A stretch of DNA of 64,000 nucleotides, from assembly GCA_041389025.1 (NCBI GenBank), contig JAWKSP010000002.1:105279-169278 (forward strand), in the 5' to 3' direction. Positions 26,524 to 35,139 of this stretch are shown here, piece by piece (positions within the stretch are counted from its first letter, which is position 1; every line of letters begins with the position of its first letter). Source of the stretch: Minisyncoccota bacterium (lineage in GTDB: Bacteria; Patescibacteriota; Minisyncoccia; Phycocordibacterales; UBA918). Under the pieces are notes generated by a model. It made no database searches, was not told the origin of the DNA, and saw only the letters and a list, made by a program, of their open reading frames with translations. The position numbers and the translations under genes were made by a program.

Positions 26524-27726
26524 TTATGTATTTTTATTCCAATCAAAACGGAAAAATAAACTATTAAATCTATCTCTTATTGACTTAGTAAAGAAATTTT
26601 CTTCAACTACCACTGGATAAAAATTTTCACTTTGCCCAGAAGGAAGACCATCATCGTCAGTATTATCGTTTTCGTCGTTAGAATTCCCTGGGTTTGAGTC
26701 ATCATTATGATCATCATCATTACCATGACCGTTATTACCTTTTGGTATACATGGTTTGCCATTTTGATCTACATATTCTTGTCCTAAAGCTTCGTATTTA
26801 ATCTGCCCAGAAGGAAGACCCTCATCGTCAGTATTATCGTTTTCGTCGTTAGAATTTCCTGGGTTTGAGTCATCATTATGATCATCATCATTACCATGAC
26901 CGTTATTACCTTTTGATTTTAATTTACAATAATTTTGTGGCGGTACTTTTTTATCACAAGAAAAACCTTCATTATATTTAGCTTGTACTGCTCGCAAGGA
27001 AACATCAACTGTCATTGAATCAGTTTGGCTTTCGTTACCCATCATTTTTCCGTCACAATTAACTTCTGCCGTATCAGTATTTACCATCAAATCTCCAGCA
27101 CACCATAATATACCCACATAATTAACCGAACCAGCCTTACAATAATTACCAGAATTAGAATAAGTGTTAGCTACAGCGTAAGTAGTACTAGCCAATAATA
27201 CATTAGCAGTTTTTGTACTGGTACCAAAAATTATCCTTTCACCAACCTCAAATTTATTGTCTCCATCGTCTTGCCAAGCAAAAAATTGTAGGTTTTGTGA
27301 TAATTCTCCACCAACTTCAGTATCCACCAATCCTTCCGGCTCGTTTGTACCATTTTCATGATCTTCTAAGTTGCTAAAATCAAGGCAAACATAAGCATCA
27401 TTCTTTTTTACATGCAAACTAATCAAATGTTCTCCTAAGTCACCTGGTTTAACATCATTAAAATTGAAAAATTTATCTGCTTTTGGTACTAGATTTTTAG
27501 CTTCCCAAGTAAGTGACGGTTGCAAAACACCATTATAAATTGCTTTACTTTCTACTGTTAGTTCTAATCCGGTTTTTTTATCTTTAGAATTATTATCTTG
27601 ATAATTACCGGTAGCAAAAGTGTAGCCGGCGTTAGCTCCGCTAACGCCGGCTACCACCAACAATAAAACTACTACTCCAACCAAAAGTGAAACTTTAACT
27701 CCTTTCTGGTAGATAAAACTTGTCAT
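26524..27726 (-). CDS. Secreted TasA-like paralogue. It shares the FNFNDVKPGD..ISLHV..NDAYVC...ENGTNEPE core with the other paralogues. It contains a duplicated 57-aa His/Asp/Asn-rich module.
   Basis: Core homology to the three upstream paralogues, including LGNESQTDSMTVDVSLRAVQAKYN. The N-terminus ...VAGVSGANAGYTFATGN is atypical. Confidence 0.7.
   Translation of the reverse strand: MTSFIYQKGVKVSLLVGVVVLLLVVAGVSGANAGYTFATGNYQDNNSKDKKTGLELTVESKAIYNGVLQPSLTWEAKNLVPKADKFFNFNDVKPGDLGEHLISLHVKKNDAYVCLDFSNLEDHENGTNEPEGLVDTEVGGELSQNLQFFAWQDDGDNKFEVGERIIFGTSTKTANVLLASTTYAVANTYSNSGNYCKAGSVNYVGILWCAGDLMVNTDTAEVNCDGKMMGNESQTDSMTVDVSLRAVQAKYNEGFSCDKKVPPQNYCKLKSKGNNGHGNDDDHNDDSNPGNSNDENDNTDDEGLPSGQIKYEALGQEYVDQNGKPCIPKGNNGHGNDDDHNDDSNPGNSNDENDNTDDDGLPSGQSENFYPVVVEENFFTKSIRDRFNSLFFRFDWNKNT
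26635..26919. repeat. 171-bp tandem direct repeat, about 1.7 copies and over 95% identical, inside gene 26524..27726.
   Basis: The unit starting CCCAGAAGGAAGACC at 26635 recurs at 26806. It encodes KGNNGHGNDDDHNDDSNPGNSNDENDNTDD(E/D)GLPSGQ twice. Confidence 0.85.
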
Positions 27727-27788
27727 GTAATAGTTTTTTTAGACTTTATACTACTTTAATGATTAATTTACTAAACCTTTTTTTAAAC

Positions 27789-29168
27789 TTAATTTGGTAT
27801 AACCGCACAGTTAAGTGCACTAATAGCATCTAGGTCATAACCATCGGCGGTTGCTTCAAATGGTGCTCGTGGTGATACGTCAGTTATTCTTACATATTTG
27901 GCCCAAGACAAACCAGAGCTTGCTAAATCAGCTTCTGAGTCACGATCTACACTAGCGGTTACTAAATACCAATCAAGCCCATCCTGACTTACCTCAATTT
28001 TAATTTTTTCTACCGGATAACTACTACCACCAGTTACTTCCCAAGCTCGCAAATCATTACCTGGCCCATCCACTATATAACCATCATCAAACTCAACTGT
28101 AATCCACCCTCCTTCAGTCTCGTTTTCATCTGGGTTAAAACCAAGACTAAAGAAGCTATTTGGTACAACTGGATTATCAAATGGTGTACCAAGACTTTGT
28201 GGAGCACCGATTACGTAAGATTCCACTGAACGACCAGCGTCTACTGGAGCACCATTTTTCTTTACTCCCTGTGACACTGCTATTACCTTGGTGGCGTATG
28301 ATTGTTCTGGTGTACAAGCCACTTGATTTGGTCTACATACAAAATCAGAATTATGTCGCGCTTGTACCGCACTAAATGACACATCTGCAGTTAAAGAGTC
28401 GGTTTGACTTTCGTTACCAAGCTTCGCTCCACTACATAGAAATCCTCCATCAGCTGGTTCACCCGCTTCTCCGTTATTATCGTTATCGTCAGCTGGACTC
28501 CATTCGTCCACCTCACCATCCTGATCTAAAGCTTGTGGTTCCATATCACCAAAACACCATGCTTTACCAATATAATAGGTCTCAGTTCCATTTATAGGAC
28601 CACCAAGAGCATTTTCATTCCAAATGTTAGTGTTTGAGTCGGCTAGCGCGATTGAATATGCTTGACCAATCGGTAGAGACCCAATTGGGGCTGGACCGGA
28701 AATTATCTCTTCATCATCCTCATAGACATTATCACCATCGTCAGCCCACCAAATGAAGTTTACCAAACCAGCCAACTCACCTTCGTCATCATCGATTGTT
28801 TGGTCAACCAAAGCCTCCGGCTCTGTTTGACCATTTTCATTATTTGAAGTTAGGGTTACATCAGCACAAACAAAAGAATCATTATTTTCTACGTGGATAG
28901 AAATAGTATCTTCACCATAATCCCCTGGCTTCACATCATCAAAATCAAAGAATTTTTCAATGGTTAAATCTTTCTTTTCCCATGATGTATTGTCGTTAAA
29001 AAGACCATTGTAATAGCTTTCGTTGTCTATCAGCAAGTCAATTGCTCCGGCGGTAAAGATGTTGTCGGTGGAGTTTTCTGTATCATTAAAAAAAGCTTTA
29101 GTCACCCCAAAAGCCGTAACACTGGCGGTTACCAAAATCATTGCCAAACTTAGAAAAATACGTCGCAT
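27789..29168 (-). CDS. Secreted TasA-like protein with a SipW-cognate signal peptide and a C-terminal beta-sandwich (galactose-binding/discoidin-like) domain.
   Basis: N-terminus MRRIFLSLAMILVTASVTAFGVTKAFFNDTENSTDNIFTAGAIDL. Core FDFDDVKPGDYGEDTISIHVENND. The C-terminal domain ...GGWITVEFDDGYIVDGPGNDLRAWEV...WAKYVRITD...ADGYDLDAISAL is called from its pattern only. Confidence 0.7.
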   Translation of the reverse strand: MRRIFLSLAMILVTASVTAFGVTKAFFNDTENSTDNIFTAGAIDLLIDNESYYNGLFNDNTSWEKKDLTIEKFFDFDDVKPGDYGEDTISIHVENNDSFVCADVTLTSNNENGQTEPEALVDQTIDDDEGELAGLVNFIWWADDGDNVYEDDEEIISGPAPIGSLPIGQAYSIALADSNTNIWNENALGGPINGTETYYIGKAWCFGDMEPQALDQDGEVDEWSPADDNDNNGEAGEPADGGFLCSGAKLGNESQTDSLTADVSFSAVQARHNSDFVCRPNQVACTPEQSYATKVIAVSQGVKKNGAPVDAGRSVESYVIGAPQSLGTPFDNPVVPNSFFSLGFNPDENETEGGWITVEFDDGYIVDGPGNDLRAWEVTGGSSYPVEKIKIEVSQDGLDWYLVTASVDRDSEADLASSGLSWAKYVRITDVSPRAPFEATADGYDLDAISALNCAVIPN

Positions 29169-29278
29169 AATCAGATTTCTTAATTATTAAATTAAATATT
29201 TTTTAATTTATAAAGCCCCCCAGCTAATAATCTTAATAAATTTATAAACTCAACGCGCTGATTCCCCTTTTCAGCCCA

Positions 29279-29307
29279 CTGAACATCTTAAACTTTAAGA
29301 TGTTCAG
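29279..29307. promoter_or_regulatory. 29-bp near-perfect palindrome, CTGAACATCTTAAA-C-TTTAAGATGTTCAG, in the intergenic leader between two tasA-like genes. Candidate operator or attenuator hairpin.
   Basis: Two 14-bp perfect inverted arms. It is embedded in a leader element conserved with the region 30860-30920. Confidence 0.45.
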
Positions 29308-29330
29308 AACGGCTAAATATAATCAGTTTT

Positions 29331-30812
29331 TTAGTTAATTGGGCAATCTGCCAAACCAGCTAAAATATTTTCAAGATCAGAAAACTCAGCGGCTGTAAAG
29401 TAATGAGCTGGTGAAGTAGCAATACCTTCTAGGAAAGTATTATTTACTCCATCACCAATACCAACTACGTATATAGTAGTACCGGCAGCTTTAGCGGCGT
29501 TAGCAGCTATTACAGCTGTTCCTTCGTCATCTGGTACACCATCAGTCATGATAAGCATAAAATCCGGTGCTTCTAAGACATCATCCCGGTCGCGTACACC
29601 AGAAAGCTCGGTTGATGCTAGACTAATACCAGCAGCTAGATTGGTAGTACCCCCTGAAGACAAGGCGTCAATAGCGGTATTGATATCAGCTAACACGTCA
29701 GTCAATTGTGAGTTTAAGGTAGCACCAAAATCAAAGTCCACCACACCAATGTGGTTGCCAGGGGTAGCTGGGGCTAATGCAGAAGCAAAAGCTTTCGCTG
29801 CAGTAGACATAACCCCTAACTCAGCAGGACTAATGCTACCTGATGAGTCAAGTACAAACACTACGTCATTTTCTTCGTTACAAGCCAATCCTCCATCTCG
29901 CTCATCACAAACAAAGTTTGGATTATTTCGAGCTTGTTCAACTCGAAAAGCAATATCAGCTGTCATACTGTCTGTTTGAGCTTCGTTCTTCATAGTTGAG
30001 CCATCACAAGTAACAGTTCCTTCAATTGAGGCGTCGATAGTACCAGCACACCAAGCTAACCCAATATACTGTGTAGTAGCCCCAGGGAAAGGAGTACCAG
30101 TAGTTGAATCTGCCAAAGTATAAGTTCGTCCACCAAGTACATCACTAGCTGGCCCAGAAACATTTGAGAATAGTTTTGGTTCTCCAGTCTCCCAAATATT
30201 GTCTCCATCATCAGCCCACGCAAAGAAAGTCATATTTTGAGCCAACTCTCCATCAAAATCATCGTTATTGTCCTCCGCCACGTCACCACTTTCAAGTTCC
30301 GGCTCAGTTGAAGAGACATCATCATTTTTAGTAATATCTACATCAACACACATCCATGCATCGTTATTTTCAACGTGTAATGAAATAGTGTTTTCACCGT
30401 TATCACCTGGTTTAACATCTTCAAAATCAAAGAAAGTATGAACTCCATCTTCAAGATCAGTCAAAGACCAAGTTCCAGCACAAGCATCACCAGCTTGTGG
30501 GACGTTAGCTGGGTTGGCAGTGTTGTAAGCAGTGTTGGCTGTGTCAATATCTTCACCATCTTTTAGTGCCAAATGAGCTGGTGTATCACCTTCTTCTGGC
30601 ACCCATTCAATAATATCTTCATCAGTCCAAGCACCATCAAAACAAACCAAACCATTGATATGCGCTACGCTGTCAACTTTTAGATCTAAAGCACCGGCGG
30701 TAAAGACGTTACCGGTAGAAGTCTCGGTGTCAGAGAAGAAAGCTCCAGTACCAGAAGCGACCAAAGCGACCGCAAATACGATCATTCCTAGACTTGTAAC
30801 AATTTTTTTCAT
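29331..30812 (-). CDS. Secreted TasA-like protein with a SipW-cognate signal peptide and a C-terminal von Willebrand factor A (vWA) domain carrying a MIDAS motif.
   Basis: N-terminus MKKIVTSLGMIVFAVALVASGTGAFFSDTETSTGNVFTAGALDL. The vWA part is VVFVLDSSGSISPAEL... (D-x-S-x-S MIDAS) ...MIMTDGVPDD...IYVVGIG. Confidence 0.8.
   Translation of the reverse strand: MKKIVTSLGMIVFAVALVASGTGAFFSDTETSTGNVFTAGALDLKVDSVAHINGLVCFDGAWTDEDIIEWVPEEGDTPAHLALKDGEDIDTANTAYNTANPANVPQAGDACAGTWSLTDLEDGVHTFFDFEDVKPGDNGENTISLHVENNDAWMCVDVDITKNDDVSSTEPELESGDVAEDNNDDFDGELAQNMTFFAWADDGDNIWETGEPKLFSNVSGPASDVLGGRTYTLADSTTGTPFPGATTQYIGLAWCAGTIDASIEGTVTCDGSTMKNEAQTDSMTADIAFRVEQARNNPNFVCDERDGGLACNEENDVVFVLDSSGSISPAELGVMSTAAKAFASALAPATPGNHIGVVDFDFGATLNSQLTDVLADINTAIDALSSGGTTNLAAGISLASTELSGVRDRDDVLEAPDFMLIMTDGVPDDEGTAVIAANAAKAAGTTIYVVGIGDGVNNTFLEGIATSPAHYFTAAEFSDLENILAGLADCPIN
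30690..30812. repeat. Copy B of a roughly 125-bp duplicated gene 5' end, 2 mismatches from copy A at 32450..32572.
   Basis: Base-by-base comparison shows only 2 substitutions. It encodes the identical signal peptide MKKIVTSLGMIVFAVALVASGTGAFFSDTETS. Confidence 0.9.
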
Positions 30813-30922
30813 AGCTATTTATTATTTGTAAAGTAATTAATTTTTTACTAAATATCATGCTGTCCCCTCCAGCCCGCCAAATTCCAGCCACCAGACTGAA
30901 ATTCGGAACGGCTGAGTAGGAT

Positions 30923-32572
30923 TTAGTTGTGCGGAAAAGCACTCACTTCTTCAGGTATAAAGTCAACCTCGTCTGTGCCACCAGTTTGAGCAGCTCCACC
31001 ATTTGGACCCCAGAAGTTGTTAATAGCGTTAACATTTCCTGCTAAGGCGCCATAGGTATTTAACATTGTTCCATCCAAGAAATTATTGAACTGCACAGTG
31101 GCTGGATTCGCATCGTGTGTCGAATCTGCCCCAACAGCTTCTGAACCAGGTACTGTATGTTCAAATTCATTGTATTGAACAGTTACTCCATTAAGTCCAC
31201 CAATACCGGCAGTGTTACCGTCGATGTCGTTATACTCGATTACAATAGTTCCAGTGTGTGGATTGGTGTAAATACCAGTTGTTAAATCGTGAATATGATT
31301 TCTAACAATATCTACATTTGAATAGGTAGCAGCGGTTACTGTCTCAACTCCACGTGAACTAGCCTCACTTAAACCATCAATGTCGTTGTAAGAGACTTCA
31401 ACGTTACTTAAATCACCATTAAGGTAAACAGCAGCGTTGGTTCCCAAGAAAGAACCTGGATTAATCACAAAACCAGTAAGTGTCACATCATCTGCCTCAA
31501 TAATCACACCGTTCTGGATGGTAGCTGTATTAGTCGGGCCATTCACAGAAGCTAGGGTTAACGGTTTATCAATAGTCACTGTTTCATCATAGCTACCGTC
31601 CCCAACACAAACAACGTCACTTGGTGTAGCACTATTAACCGCATCTTGAATTGACTGACTATCATCAGCTACCGTAACGTCACAACTTGGTGCCACATAG
31701 TCAGACAAGGATGCTCCTACCAGTTGACGTGGCTCTTGCCCTCCATCAAGTGGTGGTAAAGAAGCACATCTAAACGCATCGTTGTGACGAGCTTGCACCG
31801 CATGGAAAGCTACATCAACTTCGATACCATCGGTTTGAGCATCATTATGGTCGCCTTGCGCGCCAGTACAAGCAAATCCGGTATTATCAACAGTCGGTGC
31901 CCCATAATCATCTTGAGGCACTGCATCAGGTGAAATATCACCAAAACACCATCCTTTTCCAATGTAAGCGGTTTCTCCACCAGAGAACGGTTCGTCACCT
32001 GACTCAGCCAAAGCTAGCCAGTTACCTGTAAAGATTTCACTTGAAAGACCACTTAAAGCGTCGATGATTTTTTCATCATCTTCCAAGACATTGTCTCCGT
32101 CATCGTGCCAGAAAAGGAAAGAAAGATAATTTTGCAGCTCTCCTTCGTCAGCGCCGGCTGTGTTATCAACGTCCACTTCTGGCTCAGTCTGATCATTTTC
32201 CGGCGTTCCGGTCAAGTCAAACGCCATACAGGCATAAGCGTCATTGTCGTTCACATGCAAGGAGATAGTATCTTCACCATAATCCCCCGGTTTTAAATCA
32301 CGGAAGTTAAAGAAGAGCTGATCCGTCAAATCAGACAACTCCCACGAATTACTGTCGTTTGGTCCCCATACACCAGTCGCCTGATCTAGCGGGATAGCTG
32401 GGTTATTCCAATCAAACCCATAGCTGGAATTATCAATCAAAAGATCAATAGCTCCGGCGGTAAAGACGTTACCGGCAGAAGTCTCGGTGTCAGAGAAGAA
32501 AGCTCCAGTACCAGAAGCGACCAAAGCGACCGCAAATACGATCATTCCTAGACTTGTAACAATTTTTTTCAT
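30923..32572 (-). CDS. Secreted TasA-like protein with a SipW-cognate signal peptide and C-terminal right-handed parallel beta-helix repeats (pectate-lyase/NosD-like).
   Basis: Same N-terminus as the downstream paralogue. Core NFRDLKPGDYGEDTISLHVNDNDAYACM. The C-terminal part has repeated V/I-x-N-x-I segments: VTLTGFVINP, VEVSYNDIDG, DIVRNHIHD, IVIEYNDIDGN, VTVQYNEFEH. Confidence 0.75.
   Translation of the reverse strand: MKKIVTSLGMIVFAVALVASGTGAFFSDTETSAGNVFTAGAIDLLIDNSSYGFDWNNPAIPLDQATGVWGPNDSNSWELSDLTDQLFFNFRDLKPGDYGEDTISLHVNDNDAYACMAFDLTGTPENDQTEPEVDVDNTAGADEGELQNYLSFLFWHDDGDNVLEDDEKIIDALSGLSSEIFTGNWLALAESGDEPFSGGETAYIGKGWCFGDISPDAVPQDDYGAPTVDNTGFACTGAQGDHNDAQTDGIEVDVAFHAVQARHNDAFRCASLPPLDGGQEPRQLVGASLSDYVAPSCDVTVADDSQSIQDAVNSATPSDVVCVGDGSYDETVTIDKPLTLASVNGPTNTATIQNGVIIEADDVTLTGFVINPGSFLGTNAAVYLNGDLSNVEVSYNDIDGLSEASSRGVETVTAATYSNVDIVRNHIHDLTTGIYTNPHTGTIVIEYNDIDGNTAGIGGLNGVTVQYNEFEHTVPGSEAVGADSTHDANPATVQFNNFLDGTMLNTYGALAGNVNAINNFWGPNGGAAQTGGTDEVDFIPEEVSAFPHN
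32450..32572. repeat. Copy A of the duplicated gene 5' end. See 30690..30812.
   Basis: Near-identical to 30690..30812. Confidence 0.9.
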
Positions 32573-32951
32573 AACTAAGATTTTGTTATTAATTATTTAA
32601 TTAAGTTTATAAATTCACCACGAATTTTGTTAAAAACGCTGGAGACAAAACCAACCATTAAACGTTTTGTCACCCATAAGGAATAGTGTAAACCGTCTGA
32701 CACAAAGCTTTAAATCGTTCAATAGTTACCTGAAGCAACTAAAAACTTGACAGTCTTTTTGTGGAAAACTTTTAATTAAATTGCTAGAAATAAAAATACT
32801 TTAAAAAATAAACCTGTTGATAAAGTGTAGATAAACTATGCATAACCTCTGTATAAAGTGTGGATTTCGGGTTAATAAAATGTTTATTGTAAAAATACGA
32901 CACAATTTTGTAGAGAAGTAAATAATTTTTTTGGTTTTTTTGAGTAATTTG

Positions 32952-32985
32952 ACTTGAAAAGCGTGGCGCCGTAGGCGCCACGCAA
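32952..32985 (-). terminator. GC-rich hairpin GCGTGGCGCC-GTAG-GCGCCACGC with flanking A/T runs. Candidate bidirectional terminator downstream of gene 33047..33424.
   Basis: 10-bp perfect stem. AAAAAAAA follows on the + strand and CTTTTCAAG on the minus strand. Confidence 0.5.
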
Positions 32986-33046
32986 AAAAAACCGATTGAG
33001 CACAAAACTCAATCGGTGTTATCTTAATATCATAATTTAATCCTTT

Positions 33047-33424
33047 TTACTTCCCTCTTTTCCCTCTCAACCACAATGCAAAGCAAAGTAATGGAAACAC
33101 GTTGTCATTATCTTTAAACTCATCGTTAAAAGAAGTAACCTTGTTGATCCAGCTTTTAATGTTTTCACTACTTAAGATATCCTTACTGGACAATATATCC
33201 TTAAACTCATCAAGTAATATCAATACAGTAAGGTTAGCCCCTGAGGCTTTCTCTTCAATTTCTACTTTATGAAACTTATCGGCAATAAAGTTTATATCCC
33301 GATAGAACCATTCCATAAAGTTAGGTTCATTAATACGTGGATGATTTTTTTTATCGGTATTTAAAAATTTATTGCGCAAATTTGTAAAGAACTCTGTAAT
33401 TGGACTTTGTTTTATAGATTCCAT
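33047..33424 (-). CDS. Hypothetical protein.
   Basis: ORF of 125 aa with no recognisable motif. It is divergent from gene 33613..33987. Confidence 0.45.
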   Translation of the reverse strand: MESIKQSPITEFFTNLRNKFLNTDKKNHPRINEPNFMEWFYRDINFIADKFHKVEIEEKASGANLTVLILLDEFKDILSSKDILSSENIKSWINKVTSFNDEFKDNDNVFPLLCFALWLRGKRGK

Positions 33425-33515
33425 TTCTCCACCCTCCTCAAAAAAGTTTTATCATGAAATCAATAATATTTAAGCAGACAAACTACAGACCTGTCAACTT
33501 TTTTAATACTTTAAT

Positions 33516-33544
33516 TTGACTTTTTGCATAAAAATGTAATAATT
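33516..33544 (+). promoter_or_regulatory. Sigma-70-like promoter TTGACT-N17-ATAATT upstream of gene 33613..33987.
   Basis: A -35 TTGACT at 33516-33521, a 17-bp spacer and a -10 ATAATT at 33539-33544, about 70 bp upstream of the ATG. Confidence 0.45.
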
Positions 33545-33612
33545 TTAATTGGAATAAAGTAGTTTCCAAATTAATCTTTACATATGCTCATATTAACAAA
33601 AGAGGCTATGAA

Positions 33613-33987
33613 ATGAGACAAATAATTTGTAGAGTCAACAACGGATTTCATTACGTTTTAAGAAGAGGACTCAGAGAAGACGAAAAAGTGCTGAAAAGAC
33701 AAGGTGTTTTTAAGGACAGCACAGAAAACAGATCCTTAACAGAATCTGAAACCAAGAAGGTTTTAGAAGTTTTTAAGAATAAAGCTGATTTAATCGGTAG
33801 AGATTGGTTAAATAATCCAGCGAAACGAGGAGTAATAAAATTAGTATACCTATTGAGAAATGGATGCGAAGTTATCATAAGAGTAACCAATAAAGAGACA
33901 AAAAAGACAGAGCAATTCTCAATAATATTTGGAATAAGAGAGTCAAAACTGAGTACTTTTAGTCCAACAAATCCAATTAATTACTAA
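33613..33987 (+). CDS. Hypothetical protein.
   Basis: ORF of 124 aa with a promoter and a terminator. No recognisable motif. Confidence 0.5.
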   Translation: MRQIICRVNNGFHYVLRRGLREDEKVLKRQGVFKDSTENRSLTESETKKVLEVFKNKADLIGRDWLNNPAKRGVIKLVYLLRNGCEVIIRVTNKETKKTEQFSIIFGIRESKLSTFSPTNPINY

Positions 33988-34004
33988 ATAAACCAACTGA
34001 AAAA

Positions 34005-34045
34005 AGCCGGTAGCGTATTTAAAACTACGCTACCGGCTTTTATTA
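34005..34045 (+). terminator. Rho-independent terminator: AGCCGGTAGCGTA-loop-TACGCTACCGGCT followed by TTTTATT. It is bidirectional between convergent genes.
   Basis: 13-bp perfect stem at 34005-34017 / 34026-34038, then a T-run. Confidence 0.75.
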
Positions 34046-34426
34046 CATCGGCACAAGGTTTCTCTTATCAACCATTATCGACTCTGGCCAAAATAATGTA
34101 TTGTTTCCACCTCTACTACAAATATTTATGTCAGAACTTCCGTTGCCCTGATCTACAAATTTCATAATGTCATTCCATGAACGATCGGATTTTATGTTAA
34201 TTCTATTACCGTTTACAGTAACAATAATCGAGACACCCTCTTTTTCTCCAAGGGCTATACCGAGAAGCTTTGCTTCCACACATTTCTCAGCTAGACCCAT
34301 ACTTGCCCACAGGTCAGTTAAAAAATCGGATTCTTTATAAGTACTTATACTTATACCAAAAACAGTGAGTAGAAGGACCAATAACGCAATGTATTTATAA
34401 GAATTCACAACACAACCTCCTTTCAA
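34043..34426 (-). CDS. Hypothetical secreted protein with a signal peptide.
   Basis: N-terminal KYIALLVLLLTVFGISIST. Confidence 0.45.
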   Translation of the reverse strand: MKGGCVVNSYKYIALLVLLLTVFGISISTYKESDFLTDLWASMGLAEKCVEAKLLGIALGEKEGVSIIVTVNGNRINIKSDRSWNDIMKFVDQGNGSSDINICSRGGNNTLFWPESIMVDKRNLVPM

Positions 34427-34512
34427 AGTAAAAACAAAAAAACTATTTCCTAGAAGTAAATCATAAAAAATGTTTTTGTAAATAGTTAAAGGCCTAGTTT
34501 GTAGCTAGGCCG

Positions 34513-34860
34513 TTATTTGTTTTCCTCCTTTGTTTTATATTTTTTATCCAAATGTAATACAAGACCTCTATCACCAGAACATATTATGATTTTATTATTA
34601 ACATAAATATTAAAATCATCGCCTTCACTTACAAAACTTAGATTGATTATGTCAGGTCTATGTATACATGCAAAGTACCAACCATCACCGCCCATAACGT
34701 AAAAAGAATGATCATATTCTTCTTCGCTGACAACAAGCCTTGTATTTGGTGGCATTTTTATGCTACATGATAATTCAATTCCTGATTGTCTGAAACACCT
34801 TTCTTCTTCTATAATAATTTTTGGTAAATCAGATTCAAAATACGTATCTATAATTCCCAC
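34513..34860 (-). CDS. Hypothetical protein.
   Basis: ORF of 115 aa with no motif. Confidence 0.4.
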   Translation of the reverse strand: MGIIDTYFESDLPKIIIEEERCFRQSGIELSCSIKMPPNTRLVVSEEEYDHSFYVMGGDGWYFACIHRPDIINLSFVSEGDDFNIYVNNKIIICSGDRGLVLHLDKKYKTKEENK

Positions 34861-34992
34861 TAAATTCCTCCAAAATCTTTTATTTGTACTAATTTAGTAT
34901 TTTTTATACCATATTTATAGTCTTTTTCAAGAGTCTTTGTGTGTGATTAATTAAAGCCGTCGCGGAGTGACGGCTTTAACCTTTCTATTTTT

Positions 34993-35139
34993 ACTTACTC
35001 TATCTCTTTTTCCCAAGAAAATTCAAGCGGCTCAAATGAATTTGCATTTACAGAACTAACTTTACTTTGTAGCCAACTGTTAATATTAAAAAGAATAACT
35101 ATCAAAATAATTAACACCACATAAAATTTCACAGACTTC
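34993..35139 (-). CDS. Small 48-aa single-TM peptide (MKSVKFYVVLIILIVILFNINSWLQSKVSS...) with a GAGGTG RBS and a downstream terminator hairpin. Not in the provided ORF track.
   Basis: Hand translation of the minus strand. RBS GAGGTGTGAG immediately 5' of the ATG. A terminator-like hairpin AAAGCCGTC-GCGGAGT-GACGGCTTT lies at 34958-34982. Confidence 0.3.

Noticed and set aside
32784-33005. 73-aa minus-strand ORF in the intergenic region upstream of the tasA-like cluster.
   Set aside because: It overlaps a GC-rich terminator-type hairpin (32952-32985). It has an AT-rich low-complexity composition and no RBS. It is likely non-coding promoter or terminator space.
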